From Candidatus Pacearchaeota archaeon (GTDB taxonomy: Archaea; Nanobdellota; Nanobdellia; Pacearchaeales; GW2011-AR1), in NCBI GenBank assembly GCA_018304175.1, contig JAGVWT010000010.1, forward strand, positions 1 through 14,321: a stretch of 14,321 bases of DNA, given 5' to 3'. Made by a program: the position numbers and the translations under genes. Shown here one piece after another: positions 6,260-13,665 of the stretch (the first letter of the stretch is position 1; each line of letters starts with the position of its first letter). Under the pieces are notes generated by a model. It was given only the letters and a program-made list of their open reading frames with translations. It made no database searches and had not been told where the DNA came from.

Positions 6260-7060
6260 ATGAGTGTTGTTGAATCTAAAGAAAGTTTAGATCAAGTTAA
6301 ACCAGATGGATTAGTCCTTCTAGTTAATAATTGTGATGAAAGCCAGGAGGCTTTAGATTTTCTTTATAGGCATGAATTAAATGTTAAAATTGTTTTAGGT
6401 GAAGAAAGAGCTAAAGATTGGCATCATTTTTATTCAGAAGATGATGATTTTTATCGTAATTCATTTAATGAACCATCTCCGCCTTCATTAATAGTAACAT
6501 CATTTAATGAATCTTCCAATAGTAGTGGGAGATATACTTCCCTCTCAGGAATAAGAGCATATCTAAGATACAAGTTGTTAAATGAATTAATGGAAAAAGA
6601 GGGATTTGAGAAATCAGATTGGAAAGATTTTTTTTATTGGACGAATGTGGAGACTTTTTATCCTTCACAAGAATATGAAGAAAATAGGTTTGGTAAAAAA
6701 CAAAATTTAGTGACATGTTTTAATCAAAAAAGAGGTAAAATTTTTGAAGGTCCTATAGACAGGGCACCATTCAAAATGGAATCGCAGATGAATCAGCATA
6801 GATACAATGATTGGCATAAAGTTAGTTCATGGGAAATTGGAAAACTCAAAGAACTTTCGGGATTAAAAAATGAAAAAGGAATTATTATAAAACCAGAAAC
6901 AAGAACTGTTTTATTCGAGGAAGAATTAGCAGATTTACAGTCAGGAAGAAAAGATAAAATTATTGTTGCTGACAACGCTTCAATAATGCACGTAAATTAT
7001 GAAGTATATTTCAACGATGAAGGAGTTCTTAGGGGAATTTATGCAAATATGTTTGATTAA
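6260..7060 (+). CDS. Hypothetical protein with a possible N-terminal glutaredoxin-like (CxxS) domain
   Basis: LVLLVNNCDESQEALDFL..HELNVKIV...PSLIV resembles a Grx beta1-CxxS-alpha1-beta2 arrangement; the remainder is unrecognised. Confidence 0.6.
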   Translation: MSVVESKESLDQVKPDGLVLLVNNCDESQEALDFLYRHELNVKIVLGEERAKDWHHFYSEDDDFYRNSFNEPSPPSLIVTSFNESSNSSGRYTSLSGIRAYLRYKLLNELMEKEGFEKSDWKDFFYWTNVETFYPSQEYEENRFGKKQNLVTCFNQKRGKIFEGPIDRAPFKMESQMNQHRYNDWHKVSSWEIGKLKELSGLKNEKGIIIKPETRTVLFEEELADLQSGRKDKIIVADNASIMHVNYEVYFNDEGVLRGIYANMFD

Positions 7061-7246
7061 AATTTATTGAAATTTTAGCTGAAAATTCACTCACTCCAAA
7101 GTTGCTTGATATTTATAATTTTTTAATGTAAATTTTGTTTTATGATATTAATTATTATTTAGGGGTTAGATAAGAATAATGATTTGGGAAGATAATATTC
7201 AATCTATAGTGAAGAAAATTTGTTCTATAATTTTTTGAACAAAAAC

Positions 7247-7254
7247 CTTAAAAA
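7247..7254 (+). promoter_or_regulatory. BRE/TATA of the RNase P RNA gene
   Basis: AACAAAAAC-CTTAAAAA, 28 nt before the P1 5' strand. Confidence 0.6.
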
Positions 7255-7274
7255 CTCTTTTTATTTAGGATTTT

Positions 7275-7673
7275 TGTAAGTCAGGAAGCTAACTCCGGAA
7301 TTCAGGAATTAATTTTCCAGATGTTGCAAAATAACAACGTCGAATTCTGAGGAAGGTCCGGCCACTAAGGGGCACCAAGGTTCCCCTTACACTAACCCCT
7401 CCTTTACTACACGGAGGAAATGTGTGGTTGTCTTTCGAAAGGAAGATTTCCGTAAGGAAAAGCAACAGAACAGAAACGGCACAGCTCTCACTGAACTTTG
7501 AATCATGCGATGAGTTACGACGTGAGAGATTTGATGAAACGGCTGACTCAATCGGTGCAACCTGCGCATCTCTTTAATGAGAAGAAAGGGCTTAGTCGAA
7601 TGTTAGCGAGTTCGGTTCGCTCCTGATAAAACAGAAAACGACGAACTACAGAAGCTGGCCTACCTGACTTACA
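7275..7673 (+). ncRNA. rnpB: Archaeal RNase P RNA (about 399 nt)
   Basis: P1 TGTAAGTCAGG/CCTGACTTACA (11 bp); P2 GCTAAC/GTTAGC; CR-I GAGGAAGGTCCGGC; CR-V ACAGAAGCTGGCCTA (P4 with bulged U); CR-II ACAGAAAC; CR-III TGAAAC; GGTGCAA; CR-IV CTTAGTCGAATG; GNRA-capped P8/P9; P12 CTCTCAC/GTGAGAG. Confidence 0.96.
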
Positions 7674-7706
7674 TAATTTTTTAAACACTTCTGAAATGAA
7701 TCATTT

Positions 7707-8060
7707 ATGGTAGACCCTAGAAATTTTATTTTAACTTGGGAAGATAATCCTAGCTGGGATGACTGTGTTCCAGTTGAACGAATAAGAATAATTGACGAGT
7801 TAACAAATAACAGCGAAGAAAAAAATGTTTGTCCTTACTTGAATAGGTTGGAACAAAGGTTTTATTATTGTGGTTCAAAAGCAGCCTTATCAAATTTAGA
7901 TTTTACAAAAAATCCAAACCCATTCAGTGCACAATATAATGCACAAGTTGACCATTTAGAACTGCAACTATGGTGTATGGCTTCGCCAGAAGAACGCGAG
8001 AAATGTATGTTTTTTCAAAAGGCAAAAGATAAAATCATAGAAGGCAAACAACATATTTAA
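7707..8060 (+). CDS. Hypothetical Cys-containing protein (117 aa)
   Basis: ORF track; TATA at 7680, 27 nt upstream; five Cys (CVP, CPYL, YYCG, LWCM, KCMF). Confidence 0.7.
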   Translation: MVDPRNFILTWEDNPSWDDCVPVERIRIIDELTNNSEEKNVCPYLNRLEQRFYYCGSKAALSNLDFTKNPNPFSAQYNAQVDHLELQLWCMASPEEREKCMFFQKAKDKIIEGKQHI

Positions 8061-8079
8061 AAAAGAATTAATTCTTTTT
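8060..8079. repeat. Perfect 20-bp palindrome between the tRNA TATA box and the tRNA
   Basis: AAAAAGAATT|AATTCTTTTT; TTTAAAAA at 8056-8063 overlaps its left arm. Confidence 0.7.
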
Positions 8080-8086
8080 CTTTTGA

Positions 8087-8158
8087 GGGGCGGTAGCTCA
8101 GCGGGAGAGCACATGACTGAAGCTCATGGTGTCCGGGGTTCGACTCCCTGTCGCCCCA
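8087..8158 (+). tRNA. tRNA-Phe(GAA), intronless, CCA not encoded
   Basis: Acceptor GGGGCGG/TCGCCCC+A, D stem GCTC/GAGC, anticodon stem CATGA/TCATG with loop CTGAAGC, T loop GTTCGACT. Confidence 0.97.
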
Positions 8159-8174
8159 TTTCTTAAAAATAAAC

Positions 8175-8414
8175 TTAATTCCTTAATTCATAATCCTTAG
8201 GAACTTCAATAGGTTCTGTACACTTAACCCCATGACTGGAATAATTATCTCTTGTTATTTTTGCTTCTTGTTTAGTATTGTACGGACCCAAATCAATTTC
8301 TTCTCTATCTGCTCTTAAATATCTGAAGATCCATTTTGTTTCACGTTTTATACCCATTGCAACGTCCAAAAGTCTTGCCTCTTCCCACGTCATGAAATCA
8401 TCTTCCAATCCCAT
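8175..8414 (-). CDS. Hypothetical protein (79 aa)
   Basis: ORF track; TATA (TTTAAAAG starting 8442 on the - strand) 28 nt before ATG. Confidence 0.7.
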   Translation of the reverse strand: MGLEDDFMTWEEARLLDVAMGIKRETKWIFRYLRADREEIDLGPYNTKQEAKITRDNYSSHGVKCTEPIEVPKDYELRN

Positions 8415-8459
8415 ATCAATTAATAAAGAAATTACTTTTAAAAATATTTATATAAAATT

Positions 8460-9272
8460 TTAATAATACAAATTAACAAAACCGGCGATTATTGCGAGAA
8501 GTCCGAACATAATTGCGAAGTGACCGAATTTAACTTTTTCTGAAAACTTCATAAGAATGTGAATTGTCATTAATCCAAAGAAAAACGCAAGCAAACATCC
8601 AAAAAACATATCCTTTATGAAAGCGATATCAAAATTTAATAATACATTTCCTATCAAAACAATTGGAAGACTCATAAGAAAGCTTAACCTTAAAGCCACT
8701 GTTTCGTCAAATTTCCTGAACAAAAATCCCGAAACTGTCAAACCGCTTCTTGATAGTCCTGGAAGAGCTGAAACACCTTGGAGCAATCCAAGAATTAAAC
8801 TGTCTGCATCTGTTAATTGGAACTGTCTTTTGTAACCGCCGTCCCTGACTTTAAGCTGCACAAATCCGGTTATTAGAAGCAAAAATCCTACAAGAAAGTT
8901 TACTGAAGAACTTGTTAATGGGAGTTCATTTATATTTACCAAATCGAGGAAATTTATTATTGCCAAACCGACAATTCCAGAAGTGAGAGTCGCGATGAAC
9001 AAAAATCTCAGGGTTTTTCTTGTCTCAGGATCAGTGCGATTGTATTTTAATGCACCTTTCAAAAGTTCCTTGACTTCTTTTCTGAAATAAATCAGCGCCG
9101 CAAAAAAAGTTCCGAGATGCAAAAATAAAGCCTGACGAATAAAAAGTTCGACATCTATAGAACTAGAAAAGAAATTTGAAATCAAAAAAATAATCACGCC
9201 TTCTGAACTTATTGGAATCCATTCAGTTATTCCCTGAGCAATTCCAAGAACCACCTGCTGAAAAAAATCCAT
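8460..9272 (-). CDS. uppP: Undecaprenyl/polyprenyl-diphosphate phosphatase UppP (BacA family), 270 aa
   Basis: QGITEWIPISS, LHLGTFFA, PGLSRSGLT, A.RLSFLMSLP, multi-TM. Start reassigned to ATG 9272 (MDFFQQ; TATA 27 nt upstream). Confidence 0.93.
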   Translation of the reverse strand: MDFFQQVVLGIAQGITEWIPISSEGVIIFLISNFFSSSIDVELFIRQALFLHLGTFFAALIYFRKEVKELLKGALKYNRTDPETRKTLRFLFIATLTSGIVGLAIINFLDLVNINELPLTSSSVNFLVGFLLLITGFVQLKVRDGGYKRQFQLTDADSLILGLLQGVSALPGLSRSGLTVSGFLFRKFDETVALRLSFLMSLPIVLIGNVLLNFDIAFIKDMFFGCLLAFFFGLMTIHILMKFSEKVKFGHFAIMFGLLAIIAGFVNLYY

Positions 9273-9356
9273 TAATATCAGACAACATTGATAATTAAAA
9301 AGTTTTTGAATTGATATTACACAAAGATTTATAAAATAAAAAAGCAATTATTTGGT

Positions 9357-9611
9357 ATGGCAAAAAAGGACGGTGATTTCAGCCAGATAAGTTACGTTCT
9401 TGGTGTAATAAGTGTCGTGATGGCTTTTTTTGTTCCAATCTCAGGAGCAGTTCTTGGGATAGTTGGAATTGTTCACAGCAAAAAACAAAAAACAGAATTG
9501 TCAAAAAGGGCGAAGAATCTTAGCATTGCAGGAATAATTATAAGCATAGTAATGCTTGTTGTAAATGCAATAATCACTGCATATCTTGGACCAAACTTAG
9601 GAATAATATAA
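9357..9611 (+). CDS. DUF4190-like two-TM membrane protein
   Basis: SYVLGVIS...GAVLGIVGIVHS.K...LSIAGIIISIV pattern. Confidence 0.75.
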   Translation: MAKKDGDFSQISYVLGVISVVMAFFVPISGAVLGIVGIVHSKKQKTELSKRAKNLSIAGIIISIVMLVVNAIITAYLGPNLGII

Positions 9612-9612
9612 G

Positions 9613-10173
9613 ATGGAAAATAAAAAGGCACAGATTCAAATGTCTATTGGAACAATAGTCGCAATTGTTCTTTTCATGGTTGTTATGGTTTTGGGATTAA
9701 TGCTTGTAAGAACCATATTCACTGGCTCTGTTGAAAACGTCAAGAGTATTGACCAGGCTGTGAAAAACGAGATAAACAAACTATTTGCCGAGGACGATTC
9801 AAGAAAAATTATAATATATCCTTCGACAAGGCAGGTTTCAATAAATAAAAACGAACCGGCTGGTTTTGCATTTTCAATAAGAAATATTGAATCAACTTCG
9901 GGGACATTCAGTTATGTAATTTCTGTTAACGACCCTGATTTAAGAACAAGGTGTAACGTCAATGAGGAAGAAGCTGAAGGTTGGATAGAATTAGGAAGAA
10001 CAGGGAGTATATCAATTCCCCCAGGAAGTTCAATGCAAGACCCTGAGTTTGTAAGATTCCTTGTTCCAGACAATGCACCTCCGTGCCAGATAAGATATGG
10101 CGTAAATGTTGACAAAGATGGGGCTCAGTATGGAACAACTGTAAATGTAGACGTGAACATCTTATCAAGTTAG
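9613..10173 (+). CDS. Type IV pilin-like protein with a class III signal peptide
   Basis: MENKKA/QIQMSIGTIVAIVLFMVVMVLGLML: short basic leader, small residue-Gln, hydrophobic helix; beta-rich C-domain with two Cys; 1 nt after the upstream stop. Confidence 0.78.
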   Translation: MENKKAQIQMSIGTIVAIVLFMVVMVLGLMLVRTIFTGSVENVKSIDQAVKNEINKLFAEDDSRKIIIYPSTRQVSINKNEPAGFAFSIRNIESTSGTFSYVISVNDPDLRTRCNVNEEEAEGWIELGRTGSISIPPGSSMQDPEFVRFLVPDNAPPCQIRYGVNVDKDGAQYGTTVNVDVNILSS

Positions 10174-10182
10174 AACTTTAAG

Positions 10183-10190
10183 TTTAAAAA
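10183..10190 (+). promoter_or_regulatory. TATA box of the cysS-rbcL operon
   Basis: TTTAAAAA, 29 nt before ATG 10212. Confidence 0.55.
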
Positions 10191-10211
10191 ATACTTTTCC
10201 TTGTTATACTA

Positions 10212-11540
10212 ATGGTATTAAAATTGTATAATACGCTAACAAGAAAAAAAGGGATTTTTAAGCCAGTTAAAAAAAATCAGGTTAAAATTTATGTCTGCGG
10301 TCCTACTGTAAACGATGTGCCACATTTAGGACATGCCAGAATGCAGATAATTTTTGATGTTCTTAGGAGATATTTGAAATTTCTAAAATATGATGTGAAA
10401 TTTGTTTCTAACATTACAGATATTGAAGACAAAATAATCAACAAAGCAAAAGAACTGAATGAAGATATAAACAAGCTTACTGAAAGAAATCTTAAATCTC
10501 ATTTGGAAGATTATGAAAAGATAGGAATTTCTAAACCTGATTTTCAGCCGAAGGCAACAGAATATGTCAATGACATGATTGCGTTAATAAAAAAGCTCGA
10601 AAGCAAAGGGTATACTTACATAATAAAAAATGACGGTGTTTATTATAATATTTCAAAATTCAAAGGCTATGGAAAATTGTCCCATCAAGATATTAAAAAA
10701 TTAAAATCCGGCTTGAGAGTTAAGGAAAAAGAAGGAAAGAAGAATAAAGAAGATTTTGTTTTGTGGAAATTTTCAAAGCCTGGAGAACCAAAATGGGAAT
10801 CTCCTTGGGGAGAGGGAAGACCTGGATGGCATATTGAATGTAGTGCAATGTCTGAAAAAATTTTAGGACTTCCTTTAGATATACATGGTGGAGGGCAAGA
10901 TTTGATTTTCCCACATCATGAAGACGAAATAGCACAGAGTGAAGTTGGTTACGGAAAAAAGTTTGCAAACTATTGGATTCATAATGGAATGGTCAACGTA
11001 GATAAAATAAAAATGTCAAAATCGCTTGGTAATTTCAAAACTATCAGAGATATTCTAAAAGACTACTCTGGAGAAACCATAAGATATTTTGTGATTTCAA
11101 CACAATACAGAAAACCAATTGATTTTTCAAAAAAAGCCTTGGATAATTCAGAGAATTCTTATCAAAGATTGAAAAATATAATTTCTGAAATTAGGGATGA
11201 CAAAAAATTAAACAAAAAATATCTTGCAGAATTTGAAAACGCAATGAATGATGATTTAAACACCGCGAAAGCATTGCAGGTTTTGTGGAATTTAGTTAGA
11301 GATAAAAAAGCCGAAGGAAAAATAGCAACTACAAAAAAAATTGATGAAGTTTTTGGATTAAATCTTTTGAAAAAAGAAAAAATTGAAATTCCTAATGAAA
11401 TAATGAAACTTGTAGATGAAAGAGAAATTGCAAGGAAAAACAGCGACTGGAAAAAATCAGATGAGTTGAGGAAAAAGATTAATAATCTCGGCTACTTTAT
11501 TGAAGATACAAAAAGAGGTTATGTTTTGAAAAAGAAGTGA
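10212..11540 (+). CDS. cysS: Cysteine--tRNA ligase
   Basis: YVCGPT, HLGH (HIGH), DFVLWK, GRPGWHIECS, DIHGGG.DL.FPHHEDE, KMSKSLGN, DDLNT. Confidence 0.98.
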   Translation: MVLKLYNTLTRKKGIFKPVKKNQVKIYVCGPTVNDVPHLGHARMQIIFDVLRRYLKFLKYDVKFVSNITDIEDKIINKAKELNEDINKLTERNLKSHLEDYEKIGISKPDFQPKATEYVNDMIALIKKLESKGYTYIIKNDGVYYNISKFKGYGKLSHQDIKKLKSGLRVKEKEGKKNKEDFVLWKFSKPGEPKWESPWGEGRPGWHIECSAMSEKILGLPLDIHGGGQDLIFPHHEDEIAQSEVGYGKKFANYWIHNGMVNVDKIKMSKSLGNFKTIRDILKDYSGETIRYFVISTQYRKPIDFSKKALDNSENSYQRLKNIISEIRDDKKLNKKYLAEFENAMNDDLNTAKALQVLWNLVRDKKAEGKIATTKKIDEVFGLNLLKKEKIEIPNEIMKLVDEREIARKNSDWKKSDELRKKINNLGYFIEDTKRGYVLKKK

Positions 11541-11541
11541 G

Positions 11542-12843
11542 ATGACAGAAAAAAAAGTTGAGTGGTATCATGATTTTATTGATTTAAAATACAAACCTAA
11601 GAAAACAGATTTGAAAGTTCTTTTCTATTTCGAACCAGATAGAGGAATAACAAAACAAGATGCGATAGGTCGTGTGGCTTCGGAATCATCTACTGGAACA
11701 TGGACAACATTATTCAAACTCCCTGAGATGATGAAAAAACTTATGGCTACTGCTTACAAAATTGAAGGAAATTATGTTTACGTTGCTTATCCTCTTGACT
11801 TATGGGAAAAAGGAAATCTCCCTCAATTATTAAGTGGAATTGCAGGAAATATTTTTGGAATGAAAGCCTTGAAAAACTTGAGGTTAATCGACGCTTCATT
11901 ACCTGAAGAATATATAAAAAATTACAAAGGTCCAAATCTTGGAATTGAAGGATTGAGAAAATATTTCAGAGTTTATGACAGGCCTTTGACTGGAGCTGTT
12001 CCAAAGCCAAAAGTTGGCTTCAGTTCAGAAGAACATGCAAAAATAGGTTATGAAACATGGCTAGGCGGTTTTGATTTAGTTAAAGACGATGAGAATTTGA
12101 CGAGCCAAAGTTTCAATAATTTTTACAAAAGAGTGAAACTAATGACAAAGTTAAGAGACAAAGCCGAAAAAGAAACTGGAGAAGTAAAAGACGCTTTGCT
12201 TAATATTACAGCTGAAACAAAAGAAATGGAAAAGCGTGCGAAATTTTTGCATGACTATGGTTGGAAATACGCTATGATTGATGTAGTCGTTTCTGGAACA
12301 AGCGCGACGCAGACATTAAGGGAAAAACTAAGAGATTATGATATGGCAATCCACGCACACAGAGCAATGCATGCTTCCTTTGACAGAAATTTGAAGCATG
12401 GAATTTCAATGCAATTTCTTGCGAAGATAATGAGACTAATTGGAGTTGAACAAATTCATTCAGGAACAGGAGTTGGAAAACTTGTAGGAAGCATTTCAGA
12501 AGTTAAGTCAATATCTTCAACATTAAGAGACAAAATCGTGAAAGAAAAAAAAGGTTTCTTGCTTGAACAGAACTGGAAAAATATCAAATCATCATTTCCT
12601 GTTTCTTCAGGAGGAGTACATCCTGGAATTGTCCCTGACGAAATCAATATTTACGGAAAAGATTTTGTTCTCCTTGTTAGCGGAGGAATTCATGGACATC
12701 CTCAAGGAACACGCGCAGGAGCTAAGGCTACAATGCAGGCAATTGAAGCAGTAAAGAAAAAAATTTCTCTGGAAGAATATTCTAAAAATCATAATGAGCT
12801 TGCACAGGCTTTAGAAAAATGGGGAAGATTGAATCCGAAGTAA
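11542..12843 (+). CDS. rbcL: Ribulose-1,5-bisphosphate carboxylase, form III (archaeal type)
   Basis: ESSTGTW, GN, PKPK.G, GGFDLVKDDEN, HAHRAMH, HSGT.VGKL (loop 6 Lys), SSGG, GGIHGHP. The canonical active-site residues appear intact; no small subunit nearby. Confidence 0.96.
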   Translation: MTEKKVEWYHDFIDLKYKPKKTDLKVLFYFEPDRGITKQDAIGRVASESSTGTWTTLFKLPEMMKKLMATAYKIEGNYVYVAYPLDLWEKGNLPQLLSGIAGNIFGMKALKNLRLIDASLPEEYIKNYKGPNLGIEGLRKYFRVYDRPLTGAVPKPKVGFSSEEHAKIGYETWLGGFDLVKDDENLTSQSFNNFYKRVKLMTKLRDKAEKETGEVKDALLNITAETKEMEKRAKFLHDYGWKYAMIDVVVSGTSATQTLREKLRDYDMAIHAHRAMHASFDRNLKHGISMQFLAKIMRLIGVEQIHSGTGVGKLVGSISEVKSISSTLRDKIVKEKKGFLLEQNWKNIKSSFPVSSGGVHPGIVPDEINIYGKDFVLLVSGGIHGHPQGTRAGAKATMQAIEAVKKKISLEEYSKNHNELAQALEKWGRLNPK

Positions 12844-12845
12844 AA

Positions 12846-13301
12846 ATGCCTGAAAAATTTAGAAAAGCAGTTTTTATAGTTACTTACATAAGAACAGAAA
12901 AAGGAATAAAATATCTAATTCTGAAAAGAAAACTACATTGGCGAGGCTGGGAATTTCCGAAAGGAGGAGTTAAAAAAGATGAAAATATTGAGAATGCAAT
13001 TAAAAGGGAAGTTAAAGAAGAGACTGGCTTGGAAATAAAGGGAAAAATAAAAAAATTTGATTTCCATGGAAGCTACAAATATAAAAGAAATTATTCAAGC
13101 AGACCAGAATATTCAGGACAATCATTTTCGCTTTACGCAGTAGAAACTTTTTGGAAAAAAGTTAAAGTTGACAACCGCGAACATTCTGCATATAAATGGC
13201 TTTCATTTAATGATGCTTTAAAAAAAATCACATTTGAAAATCAGAAAAAATCTTTAAAAATAGTAAATAATTGGCTAGAAAATGAAAAAAATAAAAGTTA
13301 G
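12846..13301 (+). CDS. Nudix hydrolase, Ap4A-hydrolase/NudB-like
   Basis: Nudix box GGVKKDENIENAIKREVKEETGL (Gx5Ex7REUxEExGU), W.FPKG, EH.AYKW. Start reassigned to ATG 12846, 2 nt after the rbcL stop. Confidence 0.92.
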   Translation: MPEKFRKAVFIVTYIRTEKGIKYLILKRKLHWRGWEFPKGGVKKDENIENAIKREVKEETGLEIKGKIKKFDFHGSYKYKRNYSSRPEYSGQSFSLYAVETFWKKVKVDNREHSAYKWLSFNDALKKITFENQKKSLKIVNNWLENEKNKS

Positions 13302-13665
13302 AAAAATCACACTGAAAACAGGGACAGAATTAATCCTTGGAAAAGATGAAGACAGCAACGACGAACTAATGAAAAAATTCAAAGGAAAAGAAAATATAAT
13401 TTTGCATACCTCTGCTCCAGGAAGTCCTTTTTGTGTAATTAAAAAACAAGTTTTTGAAGGAGATGTTTATGCTGCAGGTATTCTCTGTGCAAAATACAGC
13501 CAAGATTGGAGGAATAATAAAAAAGATGTTGTGATTAATGTCTTCACTGGAAAAGACATCTCAAAACCCCTTAGTTTAAAGGCAGGAACCTGGAATGTAA
13601 AAAAAGCTAAAAAGATAAAAATAAAAAAACAAGATATTTTAGAATTTGAGAGAAAAAATGTATAA
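13282..13665 (+). CDS. Stand-alone NFACT-R (DUF814) RNA-binding domain protein
   Basis: ILGKD..SNDEL, ILHT..PGSPFCVI, AAGILCAKYSQ.W; 20-nt overlap with the Nudix gene. Confidence 0.85.
   Translation: MKKIKVRKITLKTGTELILGKDEDSNDELMKKFKGKENIILHTSAPGSPFCVIKKQVFEGDVYAAGILCAKYSQDWRNNKKDVVINVFTGKDISKPLSLKAGTWNVKKAKKIKIKKQDILEFERKNV

Noticed and set aside
7061-7240. AT-rich 180-nt gap with TTTATAAT at 7112 and 6-aa and 19-aa ORFs
   Set aside because: No credible ORF, structure or repeat on either strand; at most a decayed gene.
7387-7569. 60-aa minus-strand ORF
   Set aside because: Lies wholly antisense within the RNase P RNA; no protein-like features.
9273-9347. 25-aa N-terminal extension of uppP in the ORF track
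   Set aside because: Covers the bidirectional promoter; the family starts at MDFFQQ (9272), which has its own TATA at the usual spacing.
2628-12792. Shadow ORFs in the track (2628-, 4220-, 4381-, 4965+, 5700+, 5962-, 6504-, 6793-, 8278+, 8617+, 9912-, 9959-, 10289-, 10720-, 11747-, 12456-, 12563+, 12607-)
   Set aside because: All overlap well-supported genes in another frame or strand and show no motifs.
11542-12843. Calvin cycle/autotrophy or RuBisCO-like protein (form IV)
   Set aside because: No rbcS or prk nearby, and the catalytic motif set is complete and form III-like, so neither CBB autotrophy nor form IV is supported.
12819-12845. Upstream ATG for the Nudix gene
   Set aside because: Overlaps the rbcL 3' end by 25 nt; ATG 12846 right after the rbcL stop is more plausible.
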